Assembly: GCA_024408335.1 (NCBI GenBank)
Contig: JAKSVB010000010.1
Span: 3,431-67,430 of the forward strand
DNA length: 64,000 nt
Direction of reading: 5' to 3'
Source of the DNA: Bacilli bacterium
Lineage (GTDB): Bacteria > Bacillota_I > Bacilli_A > RFN20 > CAG-826
Below, one piece after another: positions 55,910-64,000 of the stretch; positions within the stretch are counted from its first letter, which is position 1; every line of letters starts with the position of its first letter. The notes under the pieces were generated by a model that had not been told where the DNA came from, ran no database searches, and saw only the letters and a program-made list of their open reading frames with translations. The position numbers and the translations under genes are program-made.

Positions 55910-56963
55910 CAGTAAGAAAGTAGGAGCTATTGAAATCAATACACCTCCTGAGGGATACAAAAAATCACTTAAGAGCCGCCTCATTGTCGCAGGCATCCTC
56001 TTAGCTATCCTTGTTCCATCAATCGTCATTGGTGGATGGGTATATTTCTTCGCCATCATGGCGTTCCTTCTTTTTGGAATCGCAGAAATCATCCGCGCTC
56101 CAAGAAAGAAATACAACTGGACCGTTTATGTAGCCACATACATCATTGTTTTAGCCTACGTCTACTGGATGTTCGCTAAACAAAACCTCAATAAATATTT
56201 CGATAATCCTGAGGGTTTCTCCTTCTCTTTGGAGAACTATTATCAAAGATTCGAGGTATCGATCATCGGTATTGCTTCATCGCTTCTTGTTTACTGCGTC
56301 GAAGGCCTCGTTGACAAGAACTTCAGCTTCGACGATGTCGCTTACTTCTTCTTCATGACCCTCCTCGTTGGCATCGGTTTCCAATCTTTCTATTTCTTGA
56401 GATTCTTCCCATTCTCAATGGCATATGACGCTGGATCAGCATCCGCTCTTTGGAATGGAATCACCTATAACCAAGATCTTTTAGCAAACGCTAGCTTCAA
56501 ATATTTAGGCTCAACTGAGCTCTTTGTCTTTGCCGTGTTAATCCCAATCGTCAACGACATCGCCGCATATTTCGGTGGCATCTATTTTGGCAAACACAAA
56601 TTAAACGAAAGAGTTTCTCCTAAGAAGACCTGGGAAGGATTCTTCTTTGGCTGGGTATTTGGTTTTGCAGCAGCCTTCATCTTCGGCATGGTCATGGCAG
56701 CATGCGGCCTCCCGATTTTGCCGTCTCTTACCATCGATAAGTGGTACCGTATCTTCGTCGTTTGTTTCTTAGGGCCGTTACTCGCTGACATCGGTGACTT
56801 AACATTCAGCCTCATCAAACGTTATTACAACATCAAGGACTATGGCGATATCCTTAGAGGACACGGCGGAATCCTTGACCGTGTCGACAGCATTGTCTTC
56901 TCATGTATCGGTATCACAATGCTTCTTATCTTCATTTACAATTCCTGGAACATCCTGGCTTAA
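55902..56963 (+). CDS. cdsA: Phosphatidate cytidylyltransferase (CdsA) with long N-terminal region
   Basis: 353 aa. The C-terminal CTP_transf_1 signature 'SPKKTWEG…GDLTFSLIKR…GHGGILDRVDS' is present. SD GGAGGA; the start overlaps the uppS end by 8 nt. Confidence 0.85.
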   Translation: MSNSKKVGAIEINTPPEGYKKSLKSRLIVAGILLAILVPSIVIGGWVYFFAIMAFLLFGIAEIIRAPRKKYNWTVYVATYIIVLAYVYWMFAKQNLNKYFDNPEGFSFSLENYYQRFEVSIIGIASSLLVYCVEGLVDKNFSFDDVAYFFFMTLLVGIGFQSFYFLRFFPFSMAYDAGSASALWNGITYNQDLLANASFKYLGSTELFVFAVLIPIVNDIAAYFGGIYFGKHKLNERVSPKKTWEGFFFGWVFGFAAAFIFGMVMAACGLPILPSLTIDKWYRIFVVCFLGPLLADIGDLTFSLIKRYYNIKDYGDILRGHGGILDRVDSIVFSCIGITMLLIFIYNSWNILA

Positions 56964-56968
56964 TAAAA

Positions 56969-58123
56969 ATGAGAAAAGTTTTGCTTCTTGGTGCGTCTGG
57001 AAATATCGGGGAGCAATCTCTCGATATCTTTGAGCAAGATCGCTCTTCTTTTGAGCTTGTCGGCATATCTGTCGGAAAGCGTATCGAAAAAGTAGAAGAG
57101 ATCATTTCAAAATTCCCTACCATCAAAGGCTTCTATTCCATTAGCGAAGAGTTCGCTCTCTCTTTGAAAGAGAAACATCCTGAACTTCACGTTTTCTTTG
57201 GCGAAAACGGTTTATCTGAACTAATCAAAGATAGTGACGCTGACATGGTTGAAAACGCTCTTGTAGGTTTTTCAGGCCTCGTCCCATCAATAACCGCTTT
57301 GGAAGAAAACAAAATCCTTTGTCTTGCTAACAAAGAGAGCCTCGTTGTTGGAGGCGATATCATTAACGGCCTTCTTGACGAAGGACATGGCAAGATGTGG
57401 CCTATTGATTCAGAACACGTAGCCGTTGCTAAATGTCTTTCTAGAGTTAACAAAGAAGATGTTGAGAAGATCATCATCACAGGAAGCGGCGGAGCTTTCC
57501 GTAACCTCAAAATCAACGAGCTCGATTCAGTAACTCCTGAGATGGCTTTGAAGCATCCTACCTGGCAAATGGGCGCTAAAATTACAATCGACAGCGACAC
57601 AATGATGAACAAAGGCTTCGAAGTCATTGAGGCATATCATCTTTTCAGATTCGACATCGATAAGGTTGAAGTCGTTCTTCATGACGAAAGTCATCTTCAT
57701 TCAGCAGTCGTCCTAAAAGATGGCACAATTGTCGGAGACGTGAGCAAGCCAGATATGCATGGTCCAATCGCATACGCTTTATACGAGGGGAATGTTCCTT
57801 TTGAAGTGTATAGAGTCAAAAAACTCGAAGAATTTGGTCCATATCACTTCCACAAATTTAACCCAGAAAGATATCCAGCAGTCCCTCTTTGCTTAGAGGC
57901 CCTTAAGATGAAAGGAACCGCCACAGCGGTCCTTAATGGTGCTAACGAAGAAGCCATTGCCCTTTTCCTTGAAGGAAAAATCAGCTTTTCAAGCATTGTC
58001 GAAGCAAACTCAATTGCTTTAAAGCAATTTAACAATATAATGAATCCTACAATCCATGATTTAATCATGATGGATAAGAGAGCCCGTGCTTTCGTTAGAG
58101 AAAAGTTTGGTAAAGGAGAATAG
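56969..58123 (+). CDS. dxr: 1-deoxy-D-xylulose 5-phosphate reductoisomerase
   Basis: Start at 56969 (the ORF-track 56903 lies inside cdsA). 'KVLLLGASGNIGEQSL' is the NADPH-binding N-terminus. Confidence 0.85.
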   Translation: MRKVLLLGASGNIGEQSLDIFEQDRSSFELVGISVGKRIEKVEEIISKFPTIKGFYSISEEFALSLKEKHPELHVFFGENGLSELIKDSDADMVENALVGFSGLVPSITALEENKILCLANKESLVVGGDIINGLLDEGHGKMWPIDSEHVAVAKCLSRVNKEDVEKIIITGSGGAFRNLKINELDSVTPEMALKHPTWQMGAKITIDSDTMMNKGFEVIEAYHLFRFDIDKVEVVLHDESHLHSAVVLKDGTIVGDVSKPDMHGPIAYALYEGNVPFEVYRVKKLEEFGPYHFHKFNPERYPAVPLCLEALKMKGTATAVLNGANEEAIALFLEGKISFSSIVEANSIALKQFNNIMNPTIHDLIMMDKRARAFVREKFGKGE

Positions 58124-58125
58124 GC

Positions 58126-59475
58126 ATGCAAATAATCACAACTATCATAGTCATGCTTGTTTTGCTTGGCATCCTTGTTTCAACACATGAACTTGGCCAT
58201 CTTCTCGTAGCGAAAGCCTATAACGTCTATTGCTTGGAATACTCCATTGGCATGGGTCCAAAGATTTGGAGCAAGAAGAGCAAAAACGGCGAAACCGAAT
58301 ATTCTCTTAGAGCCCTCCCATTAGGCGGATATGTCGCAATGTATGGAGAAGGGGTTGAACTTCCTGAAGGTCAAAAAGCAGGCCCTGAACGTTCGTTAAA
58401 TGGCATCAAGTGGTGGAAGAGATGCCTTGTTATGCTCGCAGGCATTTCAATGAACCTCATCACCGCCATTCTTTTCTCGTTCACTTACGCTTTATGTTTC
58501 CCTTCATATTACAGCGCTTCATATTTCGATACCGGCATTAACGAATCCGCTAATATCTCAACGGTTCAAGAGGAAACAACCGCTAGAGCGTATTCCCTTT
58601 GGATCAAAGGAAGCATTGGCGAATACAAGCTCGATTACGACATTGCTCGTTTATATTCTCCAGCCATTGCTATTAGCGAAGATGGAAGAACAATGGGCTA
58701 CATCATTGACTGCGATACCGATATCAATGGTGAGCAATACGTTGCTGTCTTTAATCTCACGAGCGTCGTAAACGCCAACAACGTTTTCACTAACACAACC
58801 TTCTATCGTCCAAGACAAGGTTTCAACCAAACACAAGTCCAAAAAGAACTTTGTCTTGATGCAAAACCTTCTCTCGAAGATGGCGCATATACCCCAAAAG
58901 CAGGCGATGTCATAAAACTGACCCCAACCTTCATTAAGGTTTCAACAAAGAAAAACAACCCAACAAGAGAAGAATTCCAAGCTTCGAAAGCAAATGAAAA
59001 GGAAGTCGTGGCAACCGTTGATCAAAATGGCAGCCTCATCTCCGAAAGCGTGCTCAATGTTCATTTGTATCAATACTGGGCTCCTATCGGTGAGCGTTTC
59101 CATAATGGCGCCAAACAGTTCACAAACCTCTTCGTTTCGATCGGCCAAGGATTCCAGTCTCTTTTCACAGGACACATTGAGAATCTTGGTTCGATTGTCG
59201 CAGCAGGCAGCATGGTAAACACCATCTCAAACGAAATCGGATGGATCCAAACGTTCTTCTTCTTTGGTGGTTTCCTTGCGCTTAACCTCGCTCTTTTCAA
59301 TTTATTACCTTTCCCTGGTTTGGATGGCTATCAACTTCTTGTGTGCCTTATCGAAACCGTCTTTAGAAAGAAGATTCCAGAAAAGGTCAAGAACACCATC
59401 TCAGCAGTAGGTGTTTTCATTCTTCTTTCCTTCAGTGTTCTAATTATTCTCCGTGATATAGTGAGGCTCTTCTAA
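58126..59475 (+). CDS. rseP: RIP (site-2) zinc metalloprotease, RseP/RasP family
   Basis: 449 aa. 'HELGHLL' in TM1, a degenerate PDZ-like central region, and 'NLLPFPGLDGYQ' (LDG motif) near the C-terminus. The position after dxr matches Bacillus. Confidence 0.8.
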   Translation: MQIITTIIVMLVLLGILVSTHELGHLLVAKAYNVYCLEYSIGMGPKIWSKKSKNGETEYSLRALPLGGYVAMYGEGVELPEGQKAGPERSLNGIKWWKRCLVMLAGISMNLITAILFSFTYALCFPSYYSASYFDTGINESANISTVQEETTARAYSLWIKGSIGEYKLDYDIARLYSPAIAISEDGRTMGYIIDCDTDINGEQYVAVFNLTSVVNANNVFTNTTFYRPRQGFNQTQVQKELCLDAKPSLEDGAYTPKAGDVIKLTPTFIKVSTKKNNPTREEFQASKANEKEVVATVDQNGSLISESVLNVHLYQYWAPIGERFHNGAKQFTNLFVSIGQGFQSLFTGHIENLGSIVAAGSMVNTISNEIGWIQTFFFFGGFLALNLALFNLLPFPGLDGYQLLVCLIETVFRKKIPEKVKNTISAVGVFILLSFSVLIILRDIVRLF

Positions 59476-62400
59476 TGGATTACGCAAAGCTTACAGTACG
59501 TTTCCTCGAGTCTATTGGTTTAAGCGATGTCGACCGCTTCGGACTTGAGTTCATCAAAGTCGATAACAGTGACAAAAACGCTCCAATCCACCTTATCTTC
59601 AAGAAAGACGATGAGTGGCGATACGATCTTTTAATGGAATTCTTAGAAGGCTTAGCAACGATTGGCTATGACTACTTCATGGAATTCAAATATAGTTCCG
59701 ATATCGATCCAGAGACTCTTTTTGGACTTTATTCAAGCCTTTGCTTAGACAAATTTAGAATCGTCGAAGAAGAAAAGACCAAATTCAAAAACGGCAGATA
59801 CCTTGTTCTTGAAAATAGCGAAAACAAAAACGCCGTCAATGATTTCAATAGCTTATGCAAATTCCTCGGTTTTGGAGTCTCTTTAGAAAGAGTCCCTTCT
59901 AGCGAATTCGAAGATAAAGAACCCGTTAAAGAAGAAGTTAAGCCTGTCGTCAAAGAAGAAGCTCCTGCCACAATTCAAGAAGCGGCTCAAGAAGAACCTA
60001 TTGAGGAAGAAGTTGAACCGATGAACGACGAAGAACTTGACGCTATCGGTCAAGACCTCGAGATTCATAAACAAGAATTAAATGACGCTTTCGTTGATTT
60101 CGTTGAGAACGCCAAAGCAGCAGAAGCAGCTGCGAGCGCTCACGATTTTGATCGCGCCAAGTACAAAAAAGGCAATTACGCCAAAGTCGAATCGATTATT
60201 GAAATCTTCGATAACGATGGTGGCAATTTCGAATTTAGCGGTACCGTTTTCGCCTATGAAACAAGAAGCCTTAAAAACGGAAAACTCATGGCTACTTTCG
60301 GAGTTGGTGATAACACAAGTGCGATAGCAGTTAGAGCAGTCGAAGGTGGAGAAGAACTCTCCGCTGATGTTTTGACATCCTTCAAAAACGGCGCTCAAAT
60401 CCTTATCAAAGGCGCTCTTAGCTTCGATCAAAGACCAGGGCAACTTGAAAAGAACGCCCAAATATACGTCCATTACTTAGAGGTTCTCCCTCCAAAGGCC
60501 TTAAGAGATGATCCATGCGAACAGAAACGTGTTGAACTCCATGTCCACACCAAGATGAGCGCCATGGATGGCCTTGGTGAGATGAGCGATTACGTTAAAG
60601 TTGCCCACAACATGGGAATGAAAGCTATTGCCGTTACCGACCATGGCGTCATCCAGTCTTTCCCTGCAGCAGAAGGCGCCTGCGCTGACATCAATAAGAA
60701 AATCGAAGAGCAAGATAAGAAATTCAAAATCCTTTATGGCGTTGAGTTCTACGCCATCAAACAACCGAAGTACGGTTGGAATTATTGCGATACCATTCTT
60801 TCAAAGGGACGTTATTGCGTATTCGACTTTGAAACCACAGGTCTTTCTTCAAAGTACGACAAAGTCACCGAATTCGGTGCGGTTTTGATTGAGAACGGCC
60901 TCGTTGTCGAAAGAAAAGACTTCTTTGTTAACGCTGGAGTCCATATTCCTGAAATCATTCAAAAGAAAACCAAGATCACCGATGCGATGATCGCTAATGG
61001 TTTAAGCGAAGTTGAAGCGGCTCATGAAATAGAGAAGTTCATGGAAGGCTGCATCCTTGTCTCCCACAACGCTCAATTCGACGTCGGCTTCCTTAATCAG
61101 CTTAGAAAAACCGCAGGCCTTCCAGCCGATACTCACCCAGTCATCGATACCCTTGCCTTGTCTCACTATCTCTTCCCAGGAGCGGCAAGACACAACTTAG
61201 GTGCTTTATCACGTAACCTCAAACTTGAAGTCTATAACCAAGAAGAGGCTCACCGTGCTGATTTCGACGCGGAAGCTCTTAACTCAGTCTGGCAAACCAT
61301 CATCCCTCTCTTAGAGAAAGATGGCTGCATTAGACATAGCGATCTCGCTTCTTTGGTATGCAAAGACAAAAAGATGTACAAGCATCTTAAGAGCGAGCAC
61401 GTTGTTGCTATCGCTAAAAACGAGGCTGGTATCAAAGCTATTTATCGCCTTGTCAGCCATAGTGAAACAACATATATGACTCTTGGCTCAGTTCCAAAGA
61501 TCCCTTACGAAGAACTCGAAAAGGAAAGAGAGAACTTAATCATCGGTAGCGGTTGCTCCAATGGTGGCGTTTTCCAAAACGCAATGCTTAAGAGCGAAGA
61601 AGAACTTGAGGAATCCATGAAGTTCTTTGACTACATTGAAGTCCAACCTAGACCAAACTATTCATATCTCGTCAAATCAAATCAACTTAGCGAAGAACGC
61701 CTTGTCGATGTCCTTCAAACCATCGTCAGAATCGCTGACAAATTAGGCAAGATGGTCTGCGCTACAGGAGACTGTCACTACGTCAACCCTGAAGACAAGA
61801 TCACAAGAGACGTCTATATTTGCTCTCCAGCCGTCGGCGGTGGCCGTCACCCGCTTTGGCTTAGAGAACTAGCTTCGGAAACTACAAAATACGAAAGCCC
61901 TGATCAACACCTTAGAAGCACAAGGGAAATGCTTGATGATTTTGAAGCGTGGCTTCCAAAAGAGAAGGCATTCGAAGTCGTTGTCACCAATACCAACAAA
62001 GTCGCTGACATGGTTGAACCAGTCGCAATTCTTAAGACAAGACTTTATAGACCTGACGCAAACCTTCCTGGTTCAAAAGAGAAAATAGAGGAGATTTGCT
62101 GGGGAAACATCAAGAAAATCTACGATATTGATCGTGATGGAGAATATCCAGAAGACAGCCCTAAAGGCATAATCAAAGCCCGTTTGATGCAAGAACTCGA
62201 TGGTATTATCGGTAACGGTTATAGCGTTACCTATTACATCGCCCACCTTCTTGTCAAGAAAGCGGCAGACGATGGCTTCTTCGTTGGAAGCCGTGGTTCG
62301 GTCGGTTCTTCTTTCGCTGCCCACATGGCTGAAATCACTGAGGTTAACCCTCTCCCTCCACACTATCTTTGCCCAAAATGCAAACACATCGAATGGGCTG

Positions 62401-64000
62401 ATAGCAAAGTATACAAATCAGGTTATGACCTTCCTGACAAAGTGTGTCCAGATTGCGGCGCCCCAATGACTCAAGCAGGTCAATCAATCCCATTCCAAAC
62501 CTTCCTTGGTTTCAAAGCGGAGAAGGTCCCTGATATCGACCTTAACTTCGACCAGGAATATCAACCACAGGCTCACGCATATACCCGTGAACTTCTTTCA
62601 ACAGCCGAAGAAAATGAACTTTATAGACAAGGCAAAACCGTTGACTCACCTCACGTCATTAGAGCAGGAACCATTAGCTGCTCCGAAGAAAAGAACGCGA
62701 TTGGTTATGTCAAAGGCTATTATGAAAGAGTTCTTAGAAGACCTGTTACCGCTAACGATAACATGTTCATCAAATATATCGCTTCCCGTTGCTGTGGCGT
62801 TAAGAAGACCACTGGACAACACCCTGGTGGTATCGTCGTCATTCCAGCGGATATGGATATCTTTGATTTCTCACCTTATCAATACCCAGCAGATGATGAA
62901 TCAGTAGGATGGCTTACAACCCACTACGAATTCGCAAAGATGCACGACTGCGTCCTTAAGCTTGATGAGCTTGGTCACCTTGACCCTCTCGCTCTCCGTA
63001 AGATGAAGGATTTGACCGGCATTGATTTCAAAACGCTCCCAATGAATGATAAGAAGGTTCTTTCTCTTTTCACCGAAAGCACCGCTTTGGGAATGAAGCC
63101 TCTTGGAAACAAAGAGACAAAAGAATTCATCAAAGACGCTTTCAAGACAGGCGCTATCGCAATTCCTGAATTCGGTACCAACTTCGTTCAAGGCTTAATC
63201 ATTCAAGCTAAGCCAAAGACCTTCAATGATCTTCTTATCATCTCAGGCTTGTCACATGGTACAAACGTTTGGAACGGCAACGCTCAAGACCTCATCGTCA
63301 ATAACGGTCTTACCTTAAATGACGTCATCGGATGCCGTGACGATATCATGAACTACCTCATCGGCATGGGTGTCGATAAATCCCTCTCCTTCAAAATGAT
63401 GGAAGACGTCCGTAAAGGCAAATTCCCTAAGACTCAGGACAATTATCTCCCTGCTTTAAAAGAGGCAAATGTCCCTGAATGGTATATTGAATCCTGTAGG
63501 CGCATCCAGTATCTTTTCCCTCGCGCTCACGCAACCGCCTACGTTATGGGCGCTATCCGTGTCGCTTGGTATAAGGTTTATAAGCCAGAGGCATTCTATG
63601 CCGTCTATTTCTCAACGCGTTGTGACTCCTTCGATATTAAAGCTATGACTTCTCCAATTGATGAAATGGTCGCTTCGCTTAAGGAATATCAAAAGAAACG
63701 TGATCAAAAACTCACAAACGCTTCCGACGAAGAAAAGATTAAAGCGCTTCTTGTCGCGTGTGAGCTTACATGCAGAGGCTTGAAGGTTGGCAAAGTTGAT
63801 CTTATGCAATCTGATTCATCTGTTTGGACGGTAAGCAAAGATAAGAAAACGATCATCCCTCCATTTACCGTCATCCCTAACTTCGGCGTTAAAGCTGCCG
63901 AATCAATCTTGGAGGCCAGAAAAGATGGGGAATTCATTTCCATCGAAGACCTTAAAGAAAGAGCGAGATTAGGTACATCGACAATCAACGCTTTAAGGGA
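59476..64000 (+). CDS. polC: DNA polymerase III PolC-type, 3'-truncated by window edge
   Basis: Continuous ORF from 59476 to the end of the window. PHP motif 'ELHVHTKMSAMDG', exonuclease motif 'CVFDFETTGL…HNAQFDVGFL', zinc finger 'CPKCKH…CPDCG', and pol III alpha core ('GGIVVIPADM'). Confidence 0.9.

Noticed and set aside
58400-59100. Unusual central region of RseP, a possible novel insertion
   Set aside because: The length (449 aa) is within the normal range and a GDxI-type PDZ remnant ('AGDVIKL') is present. It is probably just a divergent PDZ.
1-64000. CRISPR arrays, tRNA/rRNA genes, IS elements or transposases, integrases other than xerC
   Set aside because: No regularly spaced direct-repeat arrays were seen. 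No tRNA-like T-arm/acceptor patterns or rRNA-like stretches were seen. No transposase or integrase-like ORFs were found beyond the chromosomal xerC.

Overview
This 64-kb window looks like the chromosome of a low-GC Gram-positive bacterium (Bacillota; possibly Erysipelotrichia/Clostridia-like). I base that on strong GGAGG-type ribosome-binding sites and Bacillus-like gene neighbourhoods, but the organism cannot be named from sequence alone. Coding density is high and I found no rRNA, tRNA, CRISPR array or transposase.

The backbone is conserved housekeeping DNA in four stretches:
- a partial SPFH-domain gene, then asp23-like, yloV-like, recG, plsX, rnc, ftsY, ylxM-like, ffh;
- an inverted rpsP–KH–rimM–trmD block facing rplS;
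- a long de novo purine operon purE-F-M-N-O-B-H-D-L-fhs, with purC separate;
- rbgA-rnhB-dprA-topA-trmFO-xerC, then rpsB-tsf, pyrH-frr, uppS-cdsA-dxr-rseP-polC (polC partial).

Between these are non-canonical insertions and regulatory signals worth a second look:
- a candidate ZTP (pfl) riboswitch in front of purE, on an operon that ends with fhs;
- a split PurH: an AICAR-transformylase-only gene plus a separate archaeal-type IMP cyclohydrolase (PurO-like);
- an ~8-kb island between purC and purE. It carries a PurF paralogue lacking the catalytic N-terminal Cys, a divergent ACT(UPF0237)+UPF0210 pair with an 18-bp palindrome in the shared promoter region, two paralogous AAA/DUF4143 ATPases (one preceded by a 42-bp direct repeat), an AEC-family transporter and a YefM/YoeB toxin–antitoxin module with a TGTACA-type operator;
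- a 614-aa unknown membrane protein translationally coupled to ffh (TAATG), sitting where rpsP normally is, followed by a LemA-family gene;
- an inversion of the rpsP–trmD block, bordered by an orphan REC–degenerate GGDEF–EAL response regulator and a membrane protein with an EF-Ts/UBA-like N-terminus and a Ser/Tyr-rich segment;
- an orphan DinJ/RelB-like antitoxin with no toxin gene;
- several promoters with an extended −10 box only 6–9 nt upstream of an ATG and no ribosome-binding site (recG, AEC transporter, pyrH, uppS, rbgA), suggesting leaderless mRNAs;
- an rpsB with N- and C-terminal extensions and a long structured leader.

All coordinates for RNA elements and terminators are approximate (±3 nt).
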